Positions 26,542 to 40,584 are shown, counted from the stretch's first letter. The stretch is DNA of 64,000 bases from Octopus vulgaris (GCA_951406725.2 OX597828.1:50840001-50904000), one strand, 5' to 3'. Notes: generated by a model from the letters alone, not told the origin. Numbers and translations are program-made.

Positions 26542-27419
26542 GTATATATATCTATATATTTGTTGCATATTATGAGGGAAACATACATTGAAAAATAGTC
26601 ATAGTGATGTAGTCGACCATTACATATAACTCAAAGTTTCCTTTTAAGAGAGTATCCTCCTTTAAATTCTATACGCATTTCTAAAAGAATTTTCAAGTAT
26701 GGGAAAAGTACCAACACCAGAGAAAGAAAAAAAAAAGAAAAAAGCTAAACAGAATGAGTTCCCTTAGAAAACCGTCTTGCAGTAAGCGTATATCCATTTA
26801 AATTACCATAATACAAACTCACCGTTGGTTTAGTGTTACTACCTACTGACATTATTTCTGTTGAAGTTTTTCACACTGGCTAGTCACTGAAAAATTCTTC
26901 AATGCAAAATTAAACATTTTCTTTTTTTTTTTTTGATTTTATTTATCTCCTTAAATTAATTTATATATTTCTACTGTGAAATCTATTTTAGTTCTCACGC
27001 TTTGATGTTTACTTCCCTTTCTCGTGCCAGCACGTATGAGAAAGTTCTCGAAAAAACATTTGACATTTAGATATATTTTTCTTGGAACAAGTGTTAGTAG
27101 AGGCAAATATCTTTCACGCTTGCTTTACAAATATTCTCCGACATGATTTTTACATAAACATTAGCTGCATTAAAGCTGAACTTGCGATGCCGAACACAAT
27201 TCGATAGCATGAAAGATTTCATACAGAACACCTAATGAGAAAAAAAAAATGATGAGTTTTTTACCTTGGCAGTAAAGGTAAGAAATCGATATTTTATCAG
27301 AACCAGAGTTGATATAGATACATAGGTACAAATATTCCTGCATACAAATATACGTACACACACGCACACACACACACACATATATATATATAAGTGTATG
27401 TTTGTATATTTGTACGTAT

Positions 27420-27494
27420 ACACACATACATGCATACATACACACATACATGCATACATACATACATGCATACATACATACATACATACATACA

Positions 27495-27582
<88 letters not shown>

Positions 27583-27980
27583 TATATATATGTATTTATG
27601 TGTGAGTGTGAAATTTTGTATATGTGCGACAGCCTTCAGCAACAGCTTTATTTACTCGCATGTGTAGATATTTCATAGATTCAAAATTTGACATCGAGCA
27701 AAGAACATGGAGGTGTTTTTTTTTTTTTACTAAAGCTGTATGACTGAACAACAAAGAAAGAAAGTACAAGATAGAACTACACAGACACTAAGACACTGAA
27801 AACATACTCTCGTTCATACACACACACACACATACATACATACATACATACATACATACATACATACATACATACATACATACATACATACATACATACA
27901 TACATACATACATACATACATACATACATACATACATACATACATACATACATGCATACACGCACACATACATATATAGA
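27420..27980. repeat. (ACAT)n and (TA)n microsatellites
   Basis: Seen directly (two blocks: about 27420-27590 and 27816-27980). Confidence 0.9.
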
Positions 27981-28658
27981 TGGAAGAGGGCAAGAGCTGG
28001 TACGGATAGTTGTTATAGGATAGCAAATAATTATCTCTATATGCATTTGTATATGTATATAAGTATGTATGTATATATGTATATATATTTATATATCCAC
28101 ACACACATTTATATGCAGACATTCATTCACACAAACGCATACACACATATATACACAGTCACACACACATACACCAATACGTATATGTATGTATGTTTTT
28201 TGGAAGATTCTCGTCAGAACAAGAGAAGTTCTGACAAAGCTAAATATAATAACGATGCATTCTAAATGAATTTGCCACAGTCGTACTACAAAAGATAAGA
28301 GCTCACCGATAGATTGCAAAACAAAGCAATACTCACGATTTCTTAGGCATGGCATAGACATGAGAATATCACAAATTGCAAAACTGTAATGTGCAAAAAT
28401 GTAAAGTTACGTAGACATCTCCTTTACGAACAACAAGAACAAGAACAACAACAACTACGATAAAGATAATAATAATAATAATGATAATAACAATAATATT
28501 TTCTCTCTGCTTCTCCTTTTTCTCTATCACATTACTCTGTAAATGAATAATCTGGTGTGTTTGTTTTAATGGCCTACCAATGTATACAGTACGTTTTTCT
28601 ACCCTAGGTGTCAGGAAGACAGTCGGCAAGAAATGGAAACAGAATTGAAAGCAGATGC

Positions 28659-28714
<56 letters not shown>

Positions 28715-28716
<2 letters not shown>

Positions 28717-29140
28717 TCCTTGCGATCACAATATAGCGGTGAAAGAATTTGACAAGAACAGTAAATATAAAGACTTGCGAATAGAAATTGAAAAAATTTG
28801 GCATCTCAAGGCGACTACAGTACGAGTGATTGTAGGATGTCTAGGAATGATAAAAAAAATGTACTGAAGCCTATTTGAAAATGATACCAGGCTTACCATC
28901 CCGACAGGAAGTACAAAGAATCGTGTTAACTTGAATGACTCATGTACTGAGAAGAGCATTATCGCTGTGAAAAGAACATCCATTCATGAATTTATTTATT
29001 TATCTATTTTTTTTAAATACATATTTTGTCTGTGAATTTGCTTGTGTAACCTAGGAATGCATACAATGAGCTTCTCTGCCCTAGGTGTACGGAAAACACT
29101 CGGTGAGAAACGGAAGAAAATTTGGAGAAAGAAGGAAAGA
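28715..29140 (+). mobile_element. 5'-truncated R4/Dong-clade retrotransposon (RLE C-terminus plus 3' UTR) in (TAA)n
   Basis: IPCDHNIAVKEFDKNSKYKDLRIEIEKIWHLKATTVRVIVGCLGMI matches the RLE tail KE.EK..KY.DL..EI.R.W...VP.I.GALG. (TAA)n lies on both sides, and a second 3'-end copy is at 28592-28658. Confidence 0.88.
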
Positions 29141-29194
29141 AATAATAAAATAATAATAGAGCATATTATTAGTAATATAGTAATATATTATAGT

Positions 29195-29400
29195 AATATA
29201 GGCACAAGGCTGAAATTTTGGGGAAAGGGACAGTGGATTACATTAACCCCAGTACCAAACAGCTACTCAATTTATAGACACCGAAAGGATGAAAGGCAAA
29301 GTTGAGCTCGGTGGTAATTAAACTCAGAACGTAAAGACGGACGAAATGCCACTAAGAATTTTTTCAGGAATGCAAACGATTCTGATAGCTCGCCGCCTTA
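29195..29400 (-). mobile_element. SINE family A (A2)
   Basis: Reverse complement of the family A consensus. Confidence 0.8.
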
Positions 29401-30100
29401 CTCAGCCTCTTCCTGATCCTCCTGCTCCGCCCGTTCTCCCCGAACAATTCGGCGAAGTGCTGCTGAAATTCCGCACACAACTGCTTGGGCCGAATTGTTG
29501 CTTTGTTGCCACTTCTACAACTCAGGCCTATCGAACGGTTTTTTGTCCCTTCATGTCTTGGAGCACGCAACGCAAAGTTCATGCTTGGCATTGAAGAATT
29601 GATTAAGAGCCAATCTCTCCGCCAGCGCGTCAGTCGCGATCCCTCTCCGCCAGCGCCTCTTCTAGCTTTTAAGTAGCTCTCTCTTTCTTTCTCTCTCTCT
29701 CTCTCTCTCCTAGATTCCTCTATTGCCTTACTAAATCCTACTATCTCTACTCTAATAGCCCCATTCATGGATATCCACCGCTAGCTGTTGACGCCAAATT
29801 CCGATGGACTGCGCCCGCCAACTTCCGATACACTAACTCGCTAACCCATTCTCTGAATGTTTGATGCGCCGGAAAAGATGCGTTCAGTTTCCAGTGCCCG
29901 GGCCCTGCCTATGGATCCCTTCTAGGTCGACCGTGCAGGTCACAAATTTGTGGTTTGTGTAGCCAATGACTTCGACCTGTGGAGAATCTATACTACTTCT
30001 ATCTACTAGCCTACAGAAGAGCTTATCTAAATAAGATTTGGAAGACTTGGCGTTGTTCGCCCATGTCTAAATTGACACTTTCGGGAAATCCATCTAACGA
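29401..30100 (-). mobile_element. L1/Tx1-clade ORF2 fragment (end of APE endonuclease and linker)
   Basis: Minus-strand YTDHKFV, GPGHWKLNAS and later QLCAEFQQHFAELFG motifs; frameshifted. Confidence 0.75.
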
Positions 30101-30369
30101 TATCTAACGACGACTACTTCCGAATTCAAACTGACAAGTGAGATATCATATCCTTCCTCACTCACTCACGTGTGCTAATGAGTAAAGTTCTACAGAAAAA
30201 AACTGTAGTTTACTATCAGGGACAGAATTATATTATCAATAATAATAAAGGGTGAAATTAATTAATACGAAACGATCGTACCAAATTACTGAATATATTC
30301 TTGTTGCTTACTTTGAATATATATATATATATATATATAAATACACACACACATATATATACATATATG

Positions 30370-30531
30370 CGATGGGCTTCTTTCAGTTTCCGTCTACCAA
30401 ATCGACTGACAAGTCTTTGGTCGGCCTGAGGCTATACTAGAACGTACTTGCTTAAGGTGCCACGCAGTGGGACTGAACCCGGAACCATGTGGTTGGGAAT
30501 CCAGATTTTTACCCTGCAGCCACTCCTGCGA
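30370..30531 (-). mobile_element. SINE family B, 5' half
   Basis: Head and core match 18668-18830. Confidence 0.85.
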
Positions 30532-31111
30532 CTATGTTATACGCAAGATCTTAAAATCTCTAGTATATATTAATTGGTAAATAGACAAGATAAATAAAAA
30601 ATAATTTTAACGAAGGGAAAATAAATTGCAACGAAGATAAAAGAGTGAAATTTCGATCAATGTAATAACCGGTGGTCCTTGTTATACTACTTCTCTTCTT
30701 CCATTATGAGTGATGACTTACGAATAGAGAAAAGGGTCCGCAATCAATATCATACACCAAACCGATACAGCATTTTGCTATGCAAATATATAGTATATAC
30801 ATATATAAAGTGACTCATAGCACACATAAGCACATATTGATTTATAGACACCCCCTCACACACGCATACAAACACATACACACAGTAACACACACACGTG
30901 TATGTTTATTGCCATGAGTCAGAAAAAATAAGCGTTGCTATACTTGTCAATATAGAGCTTATCTTAATCAAAGTATAAAACATTGCAGAACTATTACAGT
31001 CGACCTTATCATCTGTTTTGCACCAGATATTCGGTAATCATTGAATTACCAAATATCAGACGAGAAACTGCCTGGCAACAACGGCTGAAATGTATCTATA
31101 ATACTGTATAC

Positions 31112-31203
<92 letters not shown>

Positions 31204-31252
31204 ATATCTATCTATCTATCTATCTATCTATATATCTATCTATCTATCTATA

Positions 31253-31317
<65 letters not shown>

Positions 31318-31322
31318 CTCCC

Positions 31323-31354
<32 letters not shown>

Positions 31355-31405
31355 GCTCTCTCTCTCTGTATATATATATGAATATATATATATATATATA
31401 TATGG

Positions 31406-31436
<31 letters not shown>

Positions 31437-31460
31437 TGTGTGCATGTGTGTATATATGTA

Positions 31461-31510
<50 letters not shown>
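31112..31510. repeat. (ATCT)n, (TG)n and (TA)n compound microsatellite
   Basis: Seen directly. Confidence 0.95.
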
Positions 31511-31516
<6 letters not shown>

Positions 31517-31518
31517 CA

Positions 31519-31801
31519 ATAGTCTGATATAATATTTCGGAATACAAAAGTTCCTTCTTCAGATATCCCTAGGAATTGATCGATTCACTGCTATAATTGG
31601 TTTTCCAACATTTTGTTTTTTTCCGGAAGCATCTCTGCAGTGTTCTCACGAAGCTCCTTCAAGAATTCTTCGTGAGAATTGCTTGACAGTGGCCATGTCT
31701 GAAGCTCATGTGTGGAAAACCAAATATAGTAGTGACTCGATCAATTCCTAGGGATATCTGAAGAAGGAATTTTTATAATCCGAAATATTATATCAGACTA
31801 T
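31519..31801. repeat. Inverted repeat (about 90-bp arms, about 105-bp spacer), each arm with a hammerhead-like core
   Basis: 31519-31608 is approximately the reverse complement of 31713-31801; each arm has CTGAAGA..GAAA..TC. Confidence 0.9.
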
Positions 31802-31894
31802 AGATGATTAAATTATAACAGTCAATATAATCCATTGTTGTCATTATAATTCTTTGTTGTGCCATTTTCAAGACACATTATATTTTGTAAACAC

Positions 31895-32097
31895 TCAGCA
31901 GACCCGTAATTCTCAGGGAGATTCAGCGTGACACGGTGTGAGAGTAGACTGGCCCTTTGAAATACAGATACTATTCATTTTTGCCAGTCGAGTGAACTCG
32001 AGCAACGTAAAATAAAGTGTCTTGCTCAAGGACACAACGCGTCGCCGGTAATTGAAATCACAATCGTGAGTCGAATGCTCTAACCATTAAGCCACAC
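31895..32097 (-). mobile_element. SINE family C
   Basis: Minus strand tggttagagcattcgactcacga...ccttgagcaagacactttattttacgttgctc, shared with 48284 and 59587. Confidence 0.8.
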
Positions 32098-32120
32098 AAT
32101 ATAGATCTATCTACCTACGA

Positions 32121-32139
32121 TATGTATGTATGTATGTAC

Positions 32140-32170
<31 letters not shown>

Positions 32171-32323
32171 TGTATGTATGTATGTGTGTATGTATGTATG
32201 TACATATGTATGTATGTATGTATTTATGTACATATGTATGTATGTATGTATGTATGTATGCATGTATGTATGTATGTATGAATGTATGTATGTATGTACA
32301 TATGTATGTATGTATGTATGTAC

Positions 32324-32354
<31 letters not shown>

Positions 32355-32460
32355 TGTATGTATGTATGCATGTATGCATGTATGCATGTATGTATGTATG
32401 TATGTATGTACATATGTATGTATGTATGTACATATGTATGTATGTATGTATGCATGCATA
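32121..32460. repeat. (ATGT)n microsatellite
   Basis: Seen directly. Confidence 0.97.
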
Positions 32461-32825
32461 TGCGCTTATGTGTGCACGTGTGTATAGACACATGTGTACA
32501 AATATATAACCGTAAAGTCATATATGAAATTTTATAATGTACTTAGTATTTAAATCGGTAGCTTCTGGCTTATATTTAATATATATAAAATTCTAATACA
32601 ATTAATGGCAAGGCATAATAAAAAAAAACATATACGAATTTCTCAGTGATTCTGTTTCTCTGCCCTATAGGGCATAACTATTATTATATAAATCATAACT
32701 ATTATCTTGAACTTGCAGAAGGAAACTGATATGGCACGCGAGCAATGTTAAGTTACAATATCAATGATAGAAAGAAATTTGACCTCACTTCGAAAATTTG
32801 AATAAAATAACTAAGATGTTCGCTA

Positions 32826-33185
32826 TCCATTCCATCCGTCCGGCTGTCCGTTCATCCCTCCATCCATCCAACCATCCATCCACCCATCTATTTTTTCCGC
32901 CTGCAATTCATGACAGAGTTGTGGGGGTGAACAGTTTTCAGGCATGTTCTGCGTGGGTTTCTATCAGAAGCAACTGTTATTAGAATTTTGGCTGGATTTC
33001 CAAGCGTGATCGACTGAGGTTAAGGATAGTATCCAACCATCTCGATCTTGGGCCCCTAGGTCTTCTGGTCCTCTAGGTCTTGGCTTCCCTTGAAGACTAC
33101 ATTTTTTATTTTTTCCTGTGACATTATACCCACGTGTCCATAACTCCAGAGTTGTACCCTCTCATTGTAAAGAAGTACAGAACTT
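32826..33185 (-). mobile_element. RTE-clade LINE 3' end with (GGAT)n-like tail
   Basis: Minus-strand LLYNERVQLWSYGHV and RRPRGPRSRWLD match IERSQLRW.GH...RRPRGRPR.RW.D; the tail is ccatccatcc on the plus strand. Confidence 0.7.
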
Positions 33186-33199
33186 CACCGAGATATTCC

Positions 33200-33749
33200 A
33201 AATGTGAATGTCTGGCGTGGGATGATGTGCAATCAAATCATACGTACATTTTTGTTCACAGAGAGATCAATTTCTGCAAATGTTTAATATTGACATTTTG
33301 ATTGAATGTGTGGCACAACAAATGGATGACCATCATTTTCTAACAGGAGGGTGCACCACCACATTGGTGGACTTGATGTTCGTACCTTCTTAAATCAAAC
33401 ATTTCCAGACCGGTGGATTGGAAGGTATGGCCCAATTCCCTAGCCATCTCTTTTCCCAGATATCACTCCCCTGGGGTTATGTTAAAGACATCGTGTATCA
33501 AAAAAGGATACGGGATATCAACGACCCTAAGGAAAGAATCCCTGAATTTCATTGCCACCATTGATAAGGTTGTCAAGAAATTGATTGCAGTCTTGATGTG
33601 CTTCATGCAACGTATAGTGCCCGTATGGAGATGTATTAAATGAGAAAAGAATACTTTAGTATCTACTCCTCATTTTGTAATAATTTTATTATTATTTGCT
33701 TTTGCAATAATGTTTTGAAATTGGGAAGAGATTTTATGGACACCCGGTA
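33200..33749 (+). mobile_element. mariner-like transposase 3' half with right terminus
   Basis: NVWRGM, QEGAPPHW, FLNQTFPDRWIGRYGP, PDITP, GYVKDIVY motifs; ends ttatggacacccggTA. Confidence 0.85.
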
Positions 33750-33760
33750 TACGATATCTA

Positions 33761-35208
33761 CACCCAGAACCACGCTAATTGCATAGGGGTTAAATTTAGG
33801 TTTTCTCTGTTTTCTGTGGATCAATTTTGATAAAACCTTTCCCCAGCTGGTTTGCCTACTATGGCAACACCGTTGGTATGTTTTTATTTGAGTAACGTCC
33901 TTTCTTTTTTATTTCAGATTCTTCAGTTTTAGGGTGAACCACGCTAATAATGGGACGTGGAAAAGACTTTAACGATGAAGAATATTCTGTCATCATCAAG
34001 GAAAGTGCTAAAGACATCTCTCTTCGTGTCATTGCAGAGAGGTTATGTCGTCATGTAGATACGGTTAGACGACTCCTGAAGGATTCTTCGACAAAGAAGA
34101 AACGATTCGATTGTGGGAGCTCCAAGACGGTGACAGCTATGGATTTAAGAAATATTGAGCGCGAGTTGCGTGGGAAACCTAGACAAACATGCAAAGCCAT
34201 TTCACCGCCTCCGGACTTGCTCATCTGCCGAAATCACCAGGAATCGAATCCTCGGAACCATCGATTCCGTGCAAGCATCCCCGAAACTGCCTCCTTTAAC
34301 GGCTCGTCACAAGAGTTTGAGACTGCAAAGAGCCCAAAAGTACATGAAGTTAGACATGAGTTGTGTTCTGTTCCCTGACGATATCTGGACGACCTTTGAC
34401 GGATCTGACGGTTGGACAATTGGTAGGGTCTATATTGGAGATGAACGTCACCAACGTTTACGATGTTAATAACAGGGTAGACGAGTCATGTTGTGAGCTG
34501 GTATTATTGGAGACTGACTTGTTGGTCCAGTCGAGGTGCCTGAAGAGGTTAAAATGAGGTCAACCGCCTATTGCAATCTCCTGAAGGAGGTCTTGTATCC
34601 CTGGTTAGATGACATACTGCTGTTAGTTCTAAGGAATCTCGTATTCTTATATGGCAACGCCCTCTCCCACTGCTAGGACCACCCAGACATTACTGGGGTA
34701 TTACGGCATACAAGGTGAACGGTTGTTTGTGTGGCCGTCAACATCTCCGAAAATTATTGGTCCATCATTCAACGGGATGTTTATGCTGATTGACGCCAAT
34801 TTACGCCGGTAGATGTCTTATAGGTGACCATCAAAGTTGCAGCATAGGCAGTCCAACGTGTTACTATTAAGAAATTGGCAGACTTTTTTAAGTTATCCGT
34901 CGAAACGGCGCTCATGTGGCTAAATAATTCATTCTGTCGATAAATGTTATAATATTATTATGGTTTTCTGTGAAATATATACTCAATGTCTGCTTCATAT
35001 GTATCATTACCCTTTATTTTCTGAAAAAAAAAAAATTCTGAAGAATCTGGAATAAAAAAAACAAACGACGGTACAGAGATTAATGGAAAAATAACAGTGA
35101 TGTTGCCATAGTGGGCAAACCAGCTGGGAAAGGTTTTAACAAAATCAATTCACAGAAAACCAAAAAATCCTAAATTTTACTCCTAAGCTATTAGCGTGGT
35201 TCTGGGTA
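33761..35208 (+). mobile_element. Full-length decayed Tc1-like DNA transposon with ~110-bp TIRs and TA TSD
   Basis: TIRs cacccagaaccacgctaat...ctatggcaaca (33761-33869) and its reverse complement (35101-35208). TA at 33759-33760 and 35209-35210. The transposase starts at 33950 (MGRGKD..., HTH; VLFPDD..TFDGSDGW; VWPST) and is broken by stops and frameshifts. Confidence 0.93.
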
Positions 35209-35661
35209 TAGTTATAATTGGTTAAGAACACCACCGACGAAATAGAAAAGATAAGTGTATGATTATAATGGATGGATGTGAAGAAACAACAATACTTATT
35301 ACGTAACGTTGACATATATTTATCCGATGTTTTAGAAGGAAGCTTTCTTCAGATAATGGAAGTAAAATTCTTTTTGAAAATAGAATATATGTTATTGATC
35401 CTTAACTGGATGCAAATATATTTTAGTTTTCTTTCTTTCCTTAATTGCATTCTCCTTTGAACATGGGAGAAGCGAATACCTTTACCTTGTAATATTGAGA
35501 TTTAAAAGGTAATTATTTGGGTATATTTCGTTCTTCTGCTTCTGGGTGATATTATTCAACATTGTATTTGTAGGTATATTGTTCTAGGAATCAGTTCCGT
35601 TTTATTATTCTTTCCTCTCCTCATCTCTTATAAATGAGAACCTAGTTTACTAATCTTTCAC

Positions 35662-35742
<81 letters not shown>

Positions 35743-35745
35743 CAT
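35662..35745. repeat. (ATT)n microsatellite
   Basis: Seen directly. Confidence 0.97.
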
Positions 35746-36013
35746 ATTTATAATTATTATTAACATTATTATCTTATTCAGACTTACGCGCCTGTGTGCG
35801 TATGTTTGTACATAAGTTTGTGTATGTTTGTTAAAGAGTGTTTGAGCCTGTGTATCACAAATACTGAATTGTGTACTCCAGAAGCATTTGGGTTTACGGT
35901 TTCCCTATCAGGAGAAGAGAAGACTGATTCAGCTACCTGATTTCGTATTGGATCATAAAAATGTATACATATACATACGTACATATACATACATATACAT
36001 ACATACATACATG

Positions 36014-36095
<82 letters not shown>

Positions 36096-36489
36096 TATGT
36101 ATGTATATATACAGTGAGAGAGGGGGAGTCAGAGAGAGATACTAAAATTCATACATACATACAAATACCCTTCCTTCTTTCATTTCTACAATAATGATGA
36201 ATTTGTATGGATACCCTCAAGATATACAGGTATTTGATGTTATAAATTTATCACTACCATCGCGCAAAACACTGAATATAGCGCATATTTTCTAATGAAA
36301 AATATAGAGTTAGAAAGAACGAGAGGAAATGGCAGAAAAAGAAAATCGTCCCCACCTCCATTGGCTGGGGAGTTATTTATGGTCCCGGGAAGAAAGAAAG
36401 GCAAAGTTAACCTCGTAAATCTGAACTTGGAGCACAGAGAATCGGAACGTATATCGTGGAATATTCTATTCAACGCTGAAATCGTTCTG

Positions 36490-36516
36490 CTACACGCATG
36501 CACATACACACACAGG

Positions 36517-36590
<74 letters not shown>

Positions 36591-36735
36591 CACACACATA
36601 CGCGCGCACAGACACACACACAAACGAACACACAAATACACACACAAGTGCACACATACACACATACACACAACAAACACACACGTAAACACACACACAC
36701 AAACACTCACATACACACAGTCACACACACATATA
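36490..36735. repeat. (CA)n-rich tract
   Basis: Seen directly. Confidence 0.95.
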
Positions 36736-37226
36736 TAGATGCAGATGCCTCGTAACTCTGTAAATTTTAGTGGAAAATGGATAATTAAAATCTAAATGCT
36801 ATATTGTGAAATGCACTGTAAAAACATTCATGATATCAATCTACGACAAAAATAACTGTAATAACACTACATACTATAGGAAGCAGAAATTAGAAAATGA
36901 TACATGCTTATCACAAGGGAATATTTAACCAATTATACTGTTTAGCAAATTACTCAAATTTTATTCTTTAATCTTAAGGCATCTAGAATCTACCAGCAAT
37001 TACACGAGCAACCTCTTGTGAACTGTGAGTACTCTTCTTTACATGGAAATGTTAGAATTTATTGAATTTTTGCATGTTAATATTATATTATTCTGCTGGC
37101 AATCTTTATATGCAATCTAATGGAATTGCCACAGGTCACACACTTAGTTCAACCTTTGCTAACATCGACATTTGAATTTTGAACATATAAAAACAATATT
37201 TCAGTTAATCTTTGTATCTAAACATA

Positions 37227-37271
<45 letters not shown>

Positions 37272-37272
37272 C

Positions 37273-37327
<55 letters not shown>

Positions 37328-37332
37328 CATAT

Positions 37333-37383
<51 letters not shown>

Positions 37384-38329
37384 AATACGTATAAGTATGT
37401 GAGCGTGTATGTGAGTGTGGATGTGTGTCCAAATATTTTTATATATCTGTATACACAAAATACCATATACATATACACATACCTACGCTTATATATATAT
37501 ATATATATATATGTAGACACTATATATTGTTTAAACACACTCTCTCATACACCCGAACATGTCTACACGCATACATATTTGTATGCATTCCTGTATACTT
37601 TAATATGAGGAAAATGGCTGCTGATATTGATTACGAGACACCGTTTCTAGATATGAAGTATTAATCATCATAATAGAATTTTCAGTATCCTCAGCAGAAT
37701 TATGAACATCAATAACTTTACTCAACCTCTTGTTGTTTATATTACTGAGATTTATGGGTCAAGGTCATCATAAGTCTTTTTCTATATCCATTATTACGAA
37801 GTTATAAGTTATCACTTGATTCTGTCGATGTCGCTCTCAGTCAGAAAGACCTCTCTATTTTCCCACCGGGTACGATAGACAAAATGTAAATATTAAATAG
37901 TCTGTAATTTTTTTTTTAACTACTTGAACATGAATAAATACCTAATTATCACTTCTTCATATTGTATGCGTTATTTAAGTAGCAAGCTCGGTTAAATCTT
38001 TAGCGGCATTTCGTCCGTATTTACGTTCTGATTTGAAATTCGCCGAGGTCGGTCTTTTATCCTTTTGTACCAGTTTCTCTCTGCTTATGTTTCGCTGCAG
38101 TTGTTCTTGCCATTATTCCCTCTCTAGACTAATTGGCCAGACATATGTAATCTTATTATTTCGTTGGACAGTAAGTTGTGATTTGAGCAGAACAAACGAC
38201 AAACCTGTCATGCCAGCGCCCGGCATGATAGAAGTTATTCAAGTTCCTGGTAAACATTTCTCGAAGATCCGGCTGTGTTTGCGTTTCCATTCATTGGTTA
38301 CATGAATGAATACATACTAAGTACTGCGG

Positions 38330-38850
38330 ATAATTATATCGACTCCTGTATTCAACTTATCGATACAGAAAAGATGAAAGGCAAAGTCGACCTCGGCGGA
38401 AATTGAACATATAACGTAAAGGCAGACGAAATACCTATTTCTTTACTACCCACAAGGAACTAAACAGAGAGGACAAACAAGGACAGACAAACGGATTAAG
38501 TAGATTATATCGACCCCAGTGCGTAACTGGTACTTATTTAATCGACCCAGAATGGATGAAAGGCAAAGTCGACATAGGCGGAATTTGAACTCAGAGCGCG
38601 AAAACAGACGAAATACCTATTTCTTTACTACCCACAAGGGGCTAAACACAGAGAAGACAAACAAGGACAGACAAACGGATTAAATCGATTACATCTACCC
38701 CAGTGCGTAACTGGTACTTATTTAATCGACCCAGAATGGATGAAAGGCAAAGTCGACCTCGGCAGAATTTGAACACAGAACGTAGCGGCAGACGAAATGC
38801 CGCTAAGCACTTCGCCCGGCGTACTAACGTTTCTGCAAGCTCGCCGCCTT
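38330..38850 (-). mobile_element. SINE family A head-to-tail trimer
   Basis: One headed unit plus two headless units of about 181 bp; junction gacgaaatacctatttctttactacc at about 38426 and 38607. Confidence 0.9.
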
Positions 38851-38871
38851 CAACAATAATAACAATTATTA

Positions 38872-39808
38872 TTTAGGCACAAGGCCTTGAACATTGTTTG
38901 GAAAAGGGGCTAGTCGATTTTCATCGATTGCAATGCGTAACTGGTACTTATTTTATGGACTCCGAATTGATGAACGGCAAAGTCGACCTCGGAGGAATTT
39001 GAAAATTCAGTAAGTAGCGGAAGACGAAACGCCACTAAGCATTTCGCTCGGCGTTCTAACGATGTTGACAGCTCGCCGTCTCAACATTCATAATAATAAT
39101 AATGGTTTCAAAATTTGTCACAAGCGCAGTCATTTCGGGGGAGGGGATATTGACTATTACTTAGACTCCCAGTTTTCAAATGCTAATTATTTTATCGAAC
39201 CCAAGATGATGAAAAGCAAAGTCGAACTCGGCGGAGATTGAACTCAGAACGTAGCGCTGGGCGAAATACTGCTAAGCATTTCGTCCAGCGAGTTAAAGAT
39301 ACTGCGAGCTCGCTGCCTTTAAAAAGAAATACGAGGACAGTAATTCTTTCCACTGGAGGCACAAGGAATGAAATTTGTGGGGAGGTGACTAGTCGATTAC
39401 ATCGACCCCAGTGTTTCACTGGTACTCCATTTGTCGATCCCGAAAAGATGAAAAGTAAAGTTGACCTCGAAGGAATTTGAACTCCATTGCGCTGACGATT
39501 CTGCCGCCACGCCGCCTTCAACAACAATAACAATAACAAAAACAACAGCAGCAGCAGCAGCAACAACAACAACAACAATAATATTAATAATAATCATTTC
39601 TACTGGAAGCACAAGGGTTCGAGTTCAAGTTCGTGGGAAGGGATTAAGTCGATTACATCGACCCTACTGCTTCACTGGTACTTAATTCATCGACCCAGAA
39701 TGGATGATAGTCATAGTCGACCTCGGCGAAATTCGAACTCACAACGTTGTGACCGGCGAAATACCGCTATGTATTTCGTCCAACAAGGTAATTTTCCCAG
39801 CTCGCCTT
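38872..39808 (-). mobile_element. Cluster of four co-oriented SINE A2 copies separated by (AAT)/(AAC) spacers
   Basis: Copies at about 38872-39082, 39100-39320, 39345-39520 and 39597-39808. Confidence 0.85.
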
Positions 39809-39809
39809 C

Positions 39810-39853
<44 letters not shown>

Positions 39854-40501
39854 CCCAAACAACAACCCAAACAACCACAACAACAACAATCTATAATAAC
39901 TGAACAACAAATAGAAACAATGTACTGGACCAACGTGTACTCGACTCAACACAATGTGATCGTCTATGTATAAAATTTAAGTGTCAAAAATCATCCTTCA
40001 ATGGCCGAAAATATTTTCTTGATCTGTTAAATTGTTCATGAAGCATCGGTCATTTTTTACAACTAAGTATACGTACGTCTACGCATTGTTGAGTGTGTAT
40101 GTGTGTTTGTGTATGTGTGTGTGTGTGTGTGTTAGCCTGTATGTATGCCTGTGTGTTTACATAAGTATGTATGTATATAAAGACGTATGAACATTTTTGC
40201 CAACACCGTTTGAAAAGCCAAGACGGACAATTTCAGAGAATCTCGTGATTGGATCGGATCTGAAATTCTAATGTCCAAGAGAGAAACTGTTTATTCAAAT
40301 ATGCTCGTTAATGTAAATCTTTCTATAGCATTCTAAACGAGACGAGCACAAGCGTTAGGTGGGATGGCAATGGAATTCAGTCAGAAATTTATCGGTCTTT
40401 GACCTCTTACATTGAAAATTTGATAGCGAAGCTCATATTTTATCTCATGACTTTTCGTGGAAGTAGATTTAATAATATCCCATATCATATATATATATAT
40501 A

Positions 40502-40584
<83 letters not shown>

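Noticed and set aside
37668-37697. CTGAGGA-TACT-GAAA on the minus strand
   Set aside because: No stem II and no credible stem I; likely chance.
38330-39808. Regularly spaced repeats superficially like a CRISPR array
   Set aside because: The units are ~180-220-bp tRNA-derived SINEs in eukaryotic DNA; there are no short identical repeats with unique spacers and no cas genes.
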